A DNA stretch of 64,000 nucleotides from Lama glama (GCA_028534125.1 CM052816.1:4156001-4220000), one strand, 5' to 3'. Counted from the stretch's first letter, positions 39,951-54,606 are shown. Program-made: numbers and translations. Notes: generated by a model not told the origin, from the letters alone.

Positions 39951-42747
39951 CCATGCACCCTGGGACTACCACTGTCAACAGAATAGACCGAGAATCCATG
40001 TTTTGGAAGTTTTACATTCAGTCATTTAATTTGAAGAGAAAACCATAAGGTACCTCTACCAGTAGCTTTGTCTCCCTATTTTACTAACAGGTCTTTAAGA
40101 ATTGCTTTAATTCTAGACTTGGGTCACCAAGTGGACCCCAGGTGCTGCTCCACAGATCTAGCACATCTTAGCAGGGTTAATTTTATCTTTGTTTTGTATG
40201 GTTCATGTCTCATCAGCTTAGCTCCTGCATGCTCCTTGCCTGTGTATATGTGTGTGGGTGTTGTTCTACGTTGTGTGAGGTGCGCGCACTTCTGCAATTA
40301 GTTCAGCTGAAAGCTGATTTATTAGGTGGGAAGCAAAAGTGCGCTTTGCCTTCAGGAGTCGAAGTTTAAGAAATAGTAAACTTCTGCAAAAACCTGTCTA
40401 TAATTGCTGAGGAGACATACTTTAAAAAAAAAAAAACTCTCTGAAATAATTCCCTGTTTTCTTTCACAAGTAGAAAAATGGTACGGGAGATCTTTTATCC
40501 GTATGGTGGAGAAGTATCGAAATTTAGGAGTCAGCTAACATAGTTTTAGCTCTTCCATTGACCAGATTTATTAGCCTGTTAGCTTAACCTCACCTGCATG
40601 TCTGACCTATAAAATAAGGATGGTAAGAACGTCCACCTCCAAAGGGCAGCTCTCGCTACTGGATGAGGCAACGGACATAAAGTTTGGAGCACAGTTCCTC
40701 GAATAGATTAAATGCTCACTAGGTATTAGGTAAAAAATAATTAACAGAGATATTTAGGTTAAACTTTAGCATCAGTTTAGTATTTTAATGCATATGTGCA
40801 AAGTTCACATTAAGTCTGGCAAGAAAAACCCGAATGTGTTTGGGAAAATACAAGACGACCTGGCGGCCAGGTGTAAGACGAGGACCACAGGAGTCCAGGT
40901 AATTAGCATTTATCTACTAAGTGCCTCGTTCATACCAGGCACCTAACAGACAACACAGCTCCATCAGCTCACTCAACTCTCACAGCTACGACATGCAGCT
41001 GACATTTTTCTGAGTGGTTTCTGTGTGTTGGATCTGCGGTGGGTGCTGGGGAGACTGGTGGGCAAGATTAGGAGCTGCTGGTCTCTCGGAGTTTGTAGTC
41101 ACTAACCAGCTGATGAGCCACTGTCTGTGATGCAGTATGAAGTCCCAGTCTATGGACATGAATGAGGGCTTCAATAAAGGGAGGGGGTGCTAAGTGAGCT
41201 GTGCTTTGAGGAAACACTAGTTTCCCTAGAAAAGCAAGAAATGTAAAGGGAAGTCCAAGCAGCAGGAACAGACTATGCAAAGTCACGGGAGCATTCAAGG
41301 ACACAGCTTGTTTAGGAAAAATGAGAAACCTCGAGAACTGGGAGACTGGGGTCAGGGAAAAGGAACAGAGCTAGCTCTATGGTGCACACAGCTCTATGGT
41401 GGCTGGAAGCAAAGTTCATATTATCTTTCAGTGTTTTGAAAGGTCGAGCTGCGTTCTCCCCTCCCAAAGCCAAATGATAACATGATGCAGTTCAAAAGCT
41501 GGTCATATCAAATTGCCATCTAATCATTTAATTAAAGCCCCATGCTGGCACCAGCCATCCTCAGGGCCCATTTTTCATTTGGGCACATTTCATTACACTT
41601 TTCAAAGCAAATTTGCCTTTTCAAAGGCAAAAAATGCAAATGACTAGGTTTGAAAGGAAATGCATAACACTCTGCATAATGACAGAGATTTTCTTGGAAA
41701 GCAGTAATGCACAGACAGAGCTATCTTTAGGGGCAGAGGATGGCTTATCAGCCCTATAGGAACTCCACATGATATTTCATTACAGCACCAGGATGCAAAC
41801 GAAAGTGAAACACCAAATACCAACAGAGCAAACAGCCACCCCCGTCTCCTTTTTCAGCATCACTGAAACCACATTTTCAAACAGGATGCATCCTTTGGAC
41901 CGGCAAGACCAAGGCAGGCATTGATAGATGGAGGACATTTACTGTGTGGCCAAGAAAATGATGAAAGGCTAGGAGGAACTGACCTGTTCAAAGACAGAAA
42001 TAGGAACACCTAAAGGCCAATTAACATAAAGCATTAATGGGCAAATTCAAGTACATTCAAAAAAATTCCCAGGAGTAAGAAAATATCCACTTTGAGGTGG
42101 TATAATGCATGTTGGTGGTATTCACAGTAAGGGAATGAAAGTGACCTTAACAATACAAATCTGCACCTTCCTCCGCAGTTCATGCAAACTCTCAGGGGCA
42201 CTGCTCCCGGATTACTGTGTTTTTGACCTGGAAAGATGTAGCTGCAGCACAAATTGTATGAGTCCTCAGACTGCAAAGTGAGAAGTGATTAGTCCAAAGG
42301 AGAGAGAGAGAGAAAATAAACACCTGTTAATTCATTCTTTCCCATCAGGGAGAGAAGGAAAGTTTAACTGCAGGCTGCCAGATAAACCCTTTCATCCCAT
42401 GAAAGAGCCACCAGCAGCTGGCGCGGCAGCATCCATTGTGAAGTTCAGAGTCTGGACAAAGTTCAAGGTCACAGACTCTTCTGCTTCACGACAATAGGAC
42501 ACGTGGGTATTTTAAACAAGAGCTTCGGACCAGGGAAGTTCACTAGTACTTGAACCCTGGCTAGTTAGCTCAGCCAAGGCCTGGGTCTACAGTAACCTAA
42601 AGACCTCCTTTTATTCCTTGAACAGGAAGGATGCCCATCACTGCCCGGGCCACCTGGAGATCCAGGCATGCAGTTCAAAGCACCGTCCCACCTTAGAGAC
42701 ATGGGGAAACACCAAAGTACGGTAGGACTTAAATAGCCTGCCTGGCA

Positions 42748-43250
42748 TTTTTTTTTTTCATTTTAATTTCAATTACATTGAAACAAAAAATTTACAGAAA
42801 AGTATATACATCATAAATGTGCACCTAGATGAAACATCACATGAACACATCTGTGCAGCCAATAATGAGGCAAAAACGTAACATTGCCAGCACCCAGAAA
42901 TTACCCTCCTACCTTCTTTTAGGATAATTACTGTCCCAACTTGTAACAACAGAAGGTAGTTTTCAAGGTTTGTGTTTTGTATAAATGGAATCACATAGTA
43001 GATTCTATGGCGTCTGGATTTTTTGGGCTCACATTAAATAGGTGACATTCATTCATATTATTAGGTCTGGTTGTAGACTGTAGACCTAAACCTCCGTCTC
43101 ATTGCTGGAGAGATTTCCATCACATGCATACACCACGTTTTATTTATCTATTCCACTATCGATGGTTGCTTGCATTATTTCCTGCTTTGGGTTATCACGA
43201 ATAGCTCCTCTGTAAAGATCCTGTACATTTGTCTTGGCAAGCATGGGCGA
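42748..43250 (-). mobile_element. Old LINE-1 (L1MC/ME-like) 3' fragment
   Basis: aacattgccagcacccagaa...ataaatggaatcacatagta. Confidence 0.75.
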
Positions 43251-44441
43251 TTTTGATCTCACCACTTTGATGTGGGGAAAAAAAATGGTGGTGTGGCCTT
43301 TTGCTATGGCCAAATGACATGGGTCACATTTGTCAGGCTAAAATGTGAAATCCGTATCTTTGGAGAAATGGATGAAGGAGACATTCCTGATTCACATTCT
43401 GTCTTTGACCCTCCCAGCATCTTCAGCTCTGCCCCTGGGTCCTCGCCATCCTATGGAGCTCCAGAGGCTGAGATTGTGGGGATAGAAATGAACATTCTAG
43501 GAGCCTGGAGAGTTCATATGCAGTATTCATCACTCTCCTAACAGGGACAACAAAATATGCTTTTAAAACCAAATAAGGATTCCTCAAAGGAAAAAATGTT
43601 TAGGTGAGAAGGTTTCCTGTTTCCAGCATAGGAATCAATAATTATAACAGACTCTATTTGAAGAATATCAAATAGCAACAGTTACTGAGAGAGACAGAAT
43701 ATATACAATTCACTATCATTAAAGCTTCAGGTGGGAAAGGCTATGAGAGTAAAAAGGAAAGAAAAATTCCTCCTGCCAGGAGCAGGTGCAGGTAGATGGA
43801 AGTCTTCGAGGCTTTGGGACATGGAGATGGAGAAAGAATTTGGGAGAGCCTTCCTAGCAATGATTTTTCCATTGCTTCTTCTTAATCAATTACATCCCCA
43901 ATTTCTCATCTATGTAATTGCAGTGGTGCTGACCTAACACCTTGCTTTAGAGATAAGCACAAATTGACTTAATCCAACCAGGGCATTCCATCTTTTCAGC
44001 CATCAGTGATCAGTTCAGGAATGTGTTTAATCCACTTCTGAACCAATCAGTATAATTCCTTCTTTTGGCCTCAGACCTTAGGTTGGGGACAGTAGGACAC
44101 ATGACCTAAGACAGTTAAATCATTGTGAGAATCAGTTTTTTTTTGAGAAGGCTGGAACACAGACTCTGTTTACTTGTCCATTCTGGACTAGGTGATGGGA
44201 AACAAGAGATCTGGAGAAAAAAGTTGGGTATGGCAGGAGGGGCATGAATTACATAGACCTCAAGAACTAGGTTAATTTATAGGCACAGAGTAGAGAGGTT
44301 CAGATAATATCATTTTTGTCCCAGATGAAACTGTATCTTCAATGAGACACATTTCTGGATATTTCTTACACGAGCTAATGGATTCTCTTTTTAAAATATC
44401 CAATTTGAATAGGGTTTCCTGTTTTTGCAACCAAAGCTTTC

Positions 44442-44549
44442 TTTTTTTTTTTTAATTTTATATAAGTAGTCAGTTAATGTGTCAACTTCTGGTGTACAGC
44501 GTAATGTCTCAGTCATGTATATATGTATTTGTATGTATGTATGTGTGTG

Positions 44550-44587
<38 letters not shown>

Positions 44588-44607
44588 AATACATATATTT
44601 GTTTTCA
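44442..44607 (-). mobile_element. Young L1 3' end with (TA)n(CA)n and a 14-bp TSD
   Basis: TSD caaccaaagctttc (44428-44441) / caaccaaaactttc (44608-44621), followed by poly(T). Confidence 0.9.
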
Positions 44608-44842
44608 CAACCAAAACTTTCCAAAATGAAATAAGTGATGTCTGATCTGGACTTGAAAATACATGAGGCACTCAGAGGGTGGAGCTGACATTAAATTCTG
44701 CTCCTGGAGCAGGCATGGTGAGAATGAAAGATGTCAAGGAGCATCTGCACACAAGCAGCTAGACTAGAAAGGGCCTCGCAGCACAGTGGGAGGCAGTATT
44801 ACGCACAGCTTAAGACAGACCAGGGATCAGCATTTAGACAGA

Positions 44843-45135
44843 TCAGGGATCAGCAAACTTCTTCTGTAAAGAACCAGATAATAAATATTTTCAAGCCAGA
44901 TGATTTCTGTCACACAGCTATTCAGCTCTGCTGTTGCAACATGAAATCAGCCACAGACAATACAGAGACAAATGAGCATGGCTGTGTTCCAACAAAGCTT
45001 CATTTATGGACACAGAGATCTGAGTTTCATATAACTGCCACGTACCACAAAATACTGCTCTTATTTTGATTTCTTCAATAATTTAAAAGTGGAAAAAGCA
45101 TTCTTAGCTCACAGGCCATAACTGGTGAACCCCTG
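44843..45135. mobile_element. MER58B-like element, opposite orientation to 10100-10362
   Basis: cagggatcagcaaacttcttctgtaaagaaccagataataaatatttt. Confidence 0.8.
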
Positions 45136-48100
45136 GGGCAGAGCCAACACAGACATTCACACCTATGCTCCTCCACCATGTGCTAGCTACGTGACATTGG
45201 ACAAATGACTACTTACTCTCTCGAAACCTCAGTTACTCCTTTGATAGAATAGGGATCATTATAATGCTCAACTCACAACTGTGTTCCAAGGATTAAATAA
45301 TCTAATTCACACAGAAATGTTTAGCAAAGTGTCTGATACACAACAGCCAATAAAGACTAGTCATCTTTCTTATGATTGATTAGAAAGGTCCTTGGATCCT
45401 AGGCTACATATCTTAATAATAGAAAGCCATCAATGTTTCCTGAGCAGAAAATTTATATAGCTGTGCCTTTGGGACTTTACAAAGGCATCTGTCTCAAGGA
45501 TAGATTAGACAAAGGAGTACCTTTTCTAAATTGACCTAATGTGTGTCATCAATCTGGCTTAAGAAACTCAGATGCTTATTAGCATCTTGCTTTTCATTTC
45601 AGTGCAGCATTCAGTGGTTTAAAAGACAAAGAAGAGGAATCAGGATTTTTGTTGTTGGTTTTGGGAAATCATGCTCCCAGTCCCATGTAATGCATTTCTT
45701 TAGAAACAAACTCTTTCAGAGACTCAGCTGAGCTAATAAAAATTTTAAAACCCATGGTCACTTCTGGTTTGAACTGCATTTGTCAGTTTTGATAATTTAT
45801 TCATTGACTAATTAGTTCAGCCAAATCATATAGCTTAACGTCTCTTTCTACCAGCCCAGATGGTACCCCGTCACACAGATGATGGGGAATAAGACCTCAT
45901 ACTGTATTTGTCAGACACCCCACTGGGTAACTGATAACCAAAAAATGGTTCAGTAAAGATTTGCATTTAAAGTCTCTCAAGGTCCTCTGATCTCTCCACC
46001 ACTCCCCTCTCCAACATCCACTAAAGAGTCAAACCCCATTTAAGATCATTAGCAAATCCCAGGTTTCATAAATATCACAGGGGAGCTAATGAGAAGTCTT
46101 ACAGAAGGTTTGCAGCTGATTGTATAAGAGGGCACCAAGCCAGTTTGATTTCTCTGGTCCATGCCACAGGGAAACCAATTAGAATTTGCTCTTGCTTGAA
46201 TGATGCAAACAAAAAACATTATAATTTGGCTGAAAATAAATCTGTTAAGGCAAGAGACTGGGGTCCATATTAATAGCAATAAACATGAGCAATAGGAAGT
46301 GTGTATTTTTCTTGCCTCCTGCCTCTGACTTAGGCTGTCACTTAATTAGAAACGTGTATTTGTTGAGTATTTATTGTATGTTAGGCACTGCATTCAGAAC
46401 TTTGCATGTATTATCTTACGAAATCATAACAATTACCCATTTTTGCAGTTTTACAGATGAGAAAAGTGAGGCTTACAGAAGTCACGCTCTCAACCGAGTT
46501 CACCGGAGCTTGAAAGCCTGTGCTCTCAGCCCTCTCTAGTCCCTCTTTGCCCCTCACTGAGTCACAGTAAACAAAGGACCGCTCTTTGCTCAGTACCAGC
46601 ATGCATGCACCTGCAGCAGGCAGTGCGCAAAGATCTGAATAGGGTCCTTCCTGCTTTTTCCCATCTCCATTTCTACTGTGCTGGTTCTTGAACTTAACTG
46701 TGATTGCATTACTTCTCCAAACTACATCTTTAGGATATTTCTCTCCCTCTGGAAGATTAATAATTTTACATCCAATTCACAGGTGAAGAAACTGAGCCTC
46801 GAAGAAGTAAAGTAACTTGTTCGAGGCCCAAAACTAGTAGATAAACGAGTCCTGTCCTTATCCAGATCTAGGTCCAAAGATCACAGTGTTTCTAAGACTC
46901 TAAGACTTTGAGGAAAGTCATTAAGGTTCCCCCTGTAGCCTGATTCTTATATAGAAAGCTCCATCTTCTCTTGAGACAACTGTACAAAAATAGACACAAA
47001 TTATCAGGAATTTCCAAGATCCTTAAAAAATGTATACACATATCATTGACATATATAACTTAGGCACTGATGCTAATATTTAGCTAATAATTTGAGCCTC
47101 AGTTTCTTCATCTGCTAAATGGGGCTAAGAATACCAATATCACTAGGTTGTTACAAGAATTAAAAGATGACAAGTAAAGCATCAGCATTCTAGTAGCTAT
47201 TAAAGGGAAGACGTTTACCCATCTGCTTTTCTTTCCATATCTGTCCATCTGTCCTTCCACATGTCTACCTGCCCATCTCTCTATCCATCATGTATGTTTG
47301 CTGATGGAATAAGAGTGATGGGCTGGAAAGCTGGGTTCCTGGCTCAAATCTGCTACCAGCTCTGCTGCTCTAGCTATTTTCTCTGCCAGATCCTGTGACC
47401 CCATCCCCCAACTGTAAAATGAGGGGCTTTATAGGCTCACCCCCAAAAGGCCCAATATTCTCATAATCCATACACGAGCATCACCACTAGCATGCGCCAC
47501 TACCCCACGTGGCAACTGCGCTCAGTTTCCTGCAGCAAGAGGCCAGAGGATGAACTTATATGTAGTTCTGTCTTAATGATCCAGCTGGTTTGGCTGGCCA
47601 CACATCCTGGAGAAAGCTCTAACTAGTCTGGGGAGTGGCTGATGAATGTCACAAGATGATTTTATTGTGGTTATTTAAATAGTAACTCTCAAACTACTAG
47701 GACTCTATGTCTTTCTGGCATAAAGAACTGCTTTGATTAAGCTAGGAGTATCAATCTCTGACTCTTTAAACCTCTAGACAAACTGAGAAAGAAGAAATCA
47801 GAGAGGGCATATCTCTATATGCATTAAAATATTTTTTAAGATTTCAAGATACCATTAAAAAGAGCCTTCATATTTACCAACAACATAACCATTTGGCAAA
47901 TATTTGATTAAACTCTCAGCTAGAAAAATAGAGTAGAAATAGCAGACTTGGAAGTTGTCTAGATCTGGTTTCAAATCCTTATGAGCCACATGACTTCAGG
48001 CTATTAATCTCACTGTACTGCCTTTAACTCCTCAACTAGAACATGAGTAAAATAACATCTAACTTGCAAGATGATTAAGAGAATTAATGAAATAAAATAT

Positions 48101-49419
48101 GTAAATCATCTAGCAATGCCTTATGACTCAAAAGCACCTGAAAATGAACACACCCCAAAGAGGAATTGGGATTTTTCTTCTAAAAACCTGCTGCTTACAA
48201 TCCAGTGTTTCCTGCCTCAGTGGACACCATCACTCACCCACCTGCACTTGCCAGAAACCTAAGCGTTGTCCCTGTTACCCTCCTACTGTTCGTAACCACC
48301 CCTTCTCATCACTTTGGCTCGATGCCCTGCCCTTTGTATCTCTTAAATCTCTCATCACTCCCACAAATATTCATTTTTAGATAGTTCTGATTTTGTTTTC
48401 AAAACAAGAACTTTATGAAACTTCTCTCTCTGTAACTTCTATCCATTAGTATATGTGACACTTATTTTGCTCTCAAAATCATAGAGAATAAAGCCAACGA
48501 TACTCACAAAAACTCCTGATAGGTCTTTGTTAACTCAACTACCATCTATATGGTGAGATCTGTACTCAGCTTGCATGTTCCTACATCTTCAATAGCATGT
48601 TTAAGAGCAGGTAAAATGAAATCTACCCCAAAATCTGTCTGACTTCAAAAATACATGTTACACATCAGTTTACAAAGACAGAAGAAAAGGAGAGGCAAAC
48701 TTAACTGAAATTTAGGGACAAATTTAGTGCAATCACAGATTCGCCACACTCCCTTGTAATTTTTTGTCAGATTATCTGTATTTGCCATTAGATCACAAGT
48801 TTCTTGAGGGTAAGTTCACTTCTTCCTAGAGCAGTCTTTATCCCAGAACTTAGCACAGCAGACCTTCAATACACATTGGTTGAACAAATAAAACAATGAT
48901 GACCACCACAATAGTCCTGACTCTAAGTTAAATAATAAAGACTTCATGTTCTGTTCTGGACTCTAACTTCTGATGCCATGTGGCAGGAAGAGATAATCAA
49001 TAGCTTGAGATAGAACAATGTCTCTAACAGATTAAGTGTTTTATGGTTGTAAGACAGTACACATAGTGTGATTCTATCTGAGTAAGAAAAAAACCACATA
49101 TGTGTATACAGATAAACACACTGCATATGCCTAGATACCATTTGAAGGCATCCACAAACTCTTAACAGTTGTTTGTAGGAATGTAATTTGCCTAAGTGGG
49201 GCACATAGACACATTTACTTTTTATTTCACACAGAATTGTATAGTTTTTGGTTTCTCTAACTTTTGATTTGGTTTTACCTTAATTTACAGTAAGTATATG
49301 TTACTTTTGTGGTTGAAGGATACAACTGACAGAGCCATTACACAGTTAGGGGAAAGGAACAGGCTAATCAAGGGTCTGGATCCCATGAGAAAAGAATAAC
49401 CACCAAAAGAAATGGAGAC

Positions 49420-49720
49420 ATTCAGCCGACAGAATGCCAAGGCAGAACACAATAACCATCTTCAAATACAGGGCGGGTGTCACACGGAAGGGAGCAGGTT
49501 GCCCCCTGCAGTGCAGAATGAGGACCAGTGCATGGGTGGAAATCTCAAGGATGTAAATTTCAACTGAAGGGAGGAAAAGTTCTTTCCCTCTGACCTATTC
49601 AACAGGAAAACACATTGCTTTGAAGTAGCTAGTGTTACACCACTAGAGGAAGCGATTTCTGCAACAGAGTCTGTGAGTAGATCTCAGAGGTCAGCAGCCC
49701 CCTAAGATTAGGGTCAAAAT
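49420..49720 (+). mobile_element. L3/CR1 LINE fragment
   Basis: ataaccatcttcaaatac...aggaccagtgcatgggtggaaat...cactagagg resembles the CR1/L3 3' region. Confidence 0.55.
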
Positions 49721-50670
49721 TATGCTTTGAACATTTCTCAGAGAAGTGGTTGGTAAACTTGCTTCGACTTCCTGTAGGATTCAGTGACCCCCAAATAAAG
49801 GAGGACCCGTAGGGGCTGAATGACTACTTTTCATTACTGACTTCAAGGGGATTTATACACTCTTGCAATTTTAATAATCTCATTTATACCAAAAATTAGG
49901 GAAAAAAATGCAGTCCTGGAGGTTTCAGTTTTCCCTATATGCAAATTACTTACTTTTTAAAAGTAGGTATTACAGTTCATAGAGGGCAAAGACTATATCT
50001 TACACAGCTATGTTTCTTCTCTATCAAGCACAGCTTCTCGTACAAAGTAGGTGCTTAAAAAATGTTCACTACGTATATGGAGCAAAATATGAGCACTCTC
50101 CTATGGTAGATTTTTTCCCCCTTTTTACCACTTGATACAGTAATCACATCAGTTAAGCTGAGTTCTGTGTAGGAACTGGTGGTGGCACAATAATAATGAT
50201 GATGATGATAATTAAAATGTTATTAAGCACTTACTGCGTGTCAAGCACTTTGTTAAGCATTCTACTTGTAATAGCATGAGTCAATATTACAGCAACTATT
50301 TAAAGAAAATGAGGCTTACATGAATTAAATAACTTAGCTAATAAGTGTTTCAAATCAAGGCAGGTCAACCGCAGCATGGGAGCTCTTAACTTCTATAGAA
50401 AATTCTACTGAGTGAGCACAGTCACCTGGACTCTGATCTTAACTCTGTCACAGCTGTGCGAAGAATTTAGGCAAGGTGCTTCTGTCCTTTATTTTTCAAA
50501 TCTGTTATTTGGGAAACAGTATACTAAGAAAAATCTGGAAGGTACCAAACAAAGCATGATGATAAAGAGCATGATGATATAAGCATAATGAGTTTGCTTA
50601 TGCATTGTGAGCAAATTTTACTCTACACTCTTGAACATAATCATAATACCTGGTTTAAAATCCTTGTCTG

Positions 50671-50884
50671 TAAACAACAAGTTTCTACTGTATGGCACAG
50701 GGAACTATATTCAATATCTCATAGTACCTCTAATGAAAAAGAATATGAAAAGGGATATATGTATGTATGTATATATATGAGTGAACCAGTATGCTGTACC
50801 CCAGAAATTGACACAACATTGTAAACTGACTAGCCTTCAATTTAAAAAAAATGAAAAAAATAAATTAAAAAGATTAAAAAACAA
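50671..50884 (+). mobile_element. Young L1 3' end inserted in an older antisense L1 fragment
   Basis: gcacagggaactatattcaatatc...ccagaaattgacacaacattgtaaactgac; imperfect TSD aaaatccttgtctg / aaaatccccatctg. Confidence 0.85.
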
Positions 50885-52478
50885 AATCCCCATCTGCTAA
50901 TTCTAACATCTGGGTCATCTTGGGGTTCTCTCCATTTACTGCATTGAGTATGCTCGCATTTTCTTATTTATTTATACGTCTATACCTAATAGTAATTTTG
51001 GATAGCATCCTGGATATTTTGTACGATTGATTGCATCTGGGCTCTGTAATGTTCCTCCGAAGAGGGGTGTTTACTGTTGTTGTCGTTTGCTTATTTTAGC
51101 AGACATTTAATCTGACTTAACTCAAAGTCCAAATTCTGCCTCCCCTGCAGTGGGCATCAGCTGAAATCTCAGTTAATTCTTTGAGCTTTCGCACATGTAG
51201 AGCTTCAGAGGTCATTCAGAGATTCACGCAGAGTTTATATGAAGAATTAAGGGCTCCCCTTTTTGCTGTTCTCCTTTCTAAAATGTTCTCCTTCACTTTT
51301 CGGCTTCTCGAGTAGCCCCAGATTCTTCCTTTCAATTCCACACGCCAGCTTGATTGCAGGTTTTCGCTCACGCAGAAGTGAAAAGGCCGTAAGTAAACAG
51401 AAAACTCACCAGTGCCATTCTCTTCTTCCAGGTATCAGTTTCCCTCCAATTTCTGTCTGCCTTAGGTCAGCCTCCATTATTTTCACTGTACATCTCTATC
51501 TATACCTATATAGATATACACACACAAATCCATAATGTATAAGGATCTGTGGGAGAATGGTCCAATGGGAGCTATTCCACCAACAGCATGAACTTTGAAT
51601 TCAGGCAGACTTGAGTCCCTGCCCCAACTCTCCCTTAGACCACACCATTCTAGCCATTGTGCTAATAATGGGTTACAAGTGAGGTCTCAGCCCTTAGGAT
51701 CTTTTACCTCCACCACAGTTTACTCCAGGGTACAATATTTTTATTTTCTAAGTGTGCTGGAACACAAAAAAGATTGATAAGATTGATAAACAAAGCTACT
51801 TCACCTCTCAGAGTCTGACTTTTTCCATCAGTCAAAAGGGCTAATGATGATGTCTGTCTCAGAGTTACTGCAAGGATTAATAAGGTAATATAGCTAACGG
51901 TAAGTAATACGTGAGACACTGAACACACAAGTGTTCAGGAAAACCTTAATATTATACCAATACTGTTGACCTAAAAATTATTAACAATGATTAAGGCCAA
52001 TAGAACTATAATTTTTACTGACTTAAATAATATCAATGATTATTAATGGTAATATAACTGTGAGACATATCCCCCCAACAAACAAAATGGGCACATTCAT
52101 AGTTTTCCCTCCCTCTACCTTGTAAGGAAAATGTGCTTGCAAGCTGGGTTCCTGTACTTGGCTCCTCATGAACGTATCAAGACAGCAGCAATAAGAATTC
52201 AAGTAATACTAGTTAATTTTTTAGTGCTTGCTGTATCAGGTGCTGTTCTAAGCAGTTTGTGCATATACATTTATTTAATCTTCACATCAGTCCAAGAATA
52301 CAGATATTAGTATCTTTATCAAAAGGCAACTGAGACTCAGCTTGGGAAAATCACCTACCTGAGATGAGACACCTAAGAAGGGCTGGAGCCAAGGTCTGAG
52401 TCCAGGTAATCTGTTACCAAGGTCTGATTTCTCAATGACTATAATTCAGAACGTCAAGAAACAGAACTAGGGGAAGTA

Positions 52479-52550
52479 TTGTGCTGTACTCTAGAAATTG
52501 ACACAACGTTGTAAATGGACTATACTTCAATAAAAATATATTTAAAAAAA
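52479..52550 (+). mobile_element. Ultra-short young L1 tail with TSD
   Basis: Flanked by gaactaggggaagta / gaactggggaagta. Confidence 0.85.
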
Positions 52551-52806
52551 AGAACTGGAACTGGGGAAGTAAAAAGGTTAAATGGATTTACAGCAAAAAA
52601 AGGCAGCGGCTACTTGATGGACAGAAAAACGGATCTGTGAAAGAAGAGAATGTAAAGTCTGGTCCAGAAAGGGATGAATTTTGGAGAAAGACCTTGGGGG
52701 ACTATGCAGCACTTCAGATGAAACATTTAGGGACGAGCAAACTTGGGGAAGATGGACAGAAGCATGTATCTCTTTATAGAGATATTGTTACTCAGCATGC
52801 TTCATA

Positions 52807-53635
52807 TTTGGGACTCAAAAAAGGGAAAATAAATAAATTACAGGTGAGCAAACAAATGTGTCTGTTAAGGAGGCATCAGGCAACTTTCAAGTCCTGAGAT
52901 CAAGATGTAAATTGCATTTAAACTCTTTGTGGTTTGGGGACACGAATTATTTTTGTCTTGGCTAAGTGTGACACCATACTGACATTATTTTGTTCTCAAA
53001 CAGTGCAGCTTCAGCTGAGTGATAACGGTGATGCTGGCTGTAAGACAGATGACGAGGGTCATGAAGTCTAGTGATGAAGAGGAGAAAACAATCGGATTTG
53101 ATGTTTAAATCCCAACTTTGACTCTTACTAGCTGGGTCCTTAGAAAAACTATTTAAATGCTCAGTGTGACAACTGCTTCATCTGTGAAACGGGAATAATA
53201 ATGTTTGCTTCGTATGTATACACAAAGCAGTAACACTAAATGAAATAATACATGAACGTGTAAAGTGATGGGCATAGTGCCTGGCACTGTGGGGCGGCAG
53301 GGTGGGGGGTGTCAAAAACTGTTAGTTCAATTTCTTTTCCCATTCCCTTCCTTCTCAAATGCTCCAATCAAAACATTTCCCTGCGGGGAACAGCTACTGG
53401 CTTATGAGAAAAACTGCCACAGTCTCAGCACGTTGGTTAGTGGCCCAATTAAGTAGACGCCTATTCAGTTCATGTATATTTCAACAGACCATACATGATA
53501 CCCAGGCCAAGAGGAGAAGAAAAAGGCAGAGTGATTAATGAAACTGCAGGAACAGCCAGCCTGACGCCTTCTTAACAGACACACATTTGTTTACTCATCT
53601 GTAATTCGTTTATTTTCCCCTTTTTGAGTCCCAAA
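52807..53635. repeat. Inverted repeat, arms 52807-52881 and 53559-53635
   Basis: By manual alignment, arm 2 reverse-complement matches arm 1 with 7 transitions and one 2-nt indel. Confidence 0.95.
53080..53300 (+). mobile_element. MIR SINE inside the inverted-repeat loop
   Basis: tttaaatcccaactttgactcttactagctgg...cttcatctgtgaaacgggaataataat...catagtgcctggcac. Confidence 0.85.
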
Positions 53636-54606
53636 CTCAGAAGGGGCTGTCAGATGAGAAATTCCATCTGAAGCAACTCCCTAAACACACTTATCCTGGG
53701 GCAGATCCCAGTTTATTTCAGGCTGACAGCTGGCACCTGTGGCCCACAGTGAACTCCTCTGTGACACTGATAGAAAGAGACAGGTGGTGGCGACTGCCAC
53801 CAACTGCCACATTTGATTGATAAAGTGATCTAAGTATCGCAGGCACCCAGAATGTCATTAGCAATCACCACTTCCCCTGCAGAAAGCATCGTACAGGCCA
53901 AGAAGGCAACCGAGAACACAGCCCTTGAGTGTCTGTAGATGGAGATGTGTGCATCTGTGCATGAGAGAAGCCAGTTCCTATCACTGTGGTCCAAACAAAG
54001 AGCACGCGACCTGAGTACAGGAAAGCTGGGTTCAAATCCTGACTTGGCTACTGATATGGTACAGGACCAAGGGTGAGTTATAAACTCATGAATCTCAGCT
54101 AGCATCCTTCTCATCTCCTCACTACATCCCCAGCACTTAAAAGCCACTTCCTCAGGGAATCCTTCCTGGATCATCCCTATTCCCAGAAAAATTTCACTCC
54201 CCTTATAATCAAGTCAAACACCACCTTGCACAGTGTTCCTATCACATTTGTAATTAGATACGTGTTGATTGCTTATCGACTTAATGTCCATCATCAACAC
54301 TAAACTGTAAGCTCCATGAGGGGAGAGACTGCATCTTTGTCATCAAAGCTGATCCCTAGTGCCCTGCACATCCATCTTCTCCAGGTCTGCTCACGCCAGC
54401 ACAGCAGCCACAACAGTTATCTCATTCCGAGCACTCCAGACTCCCCAGAGTCCTTCCTCCCAAACTGATCCCTTTCTGGTCTTTTCCTTTTTTTCTCCTC
54501 TTCTTTTAGAGATCCAAGCTTCTCTCCTTCAAGTATCCATCTGCCTCTTTTAGTGTAAATCAGTTTAACTTTTTGGCTTCTCTGGTTCTGCTTGTTTTCC
54601 AAATTA

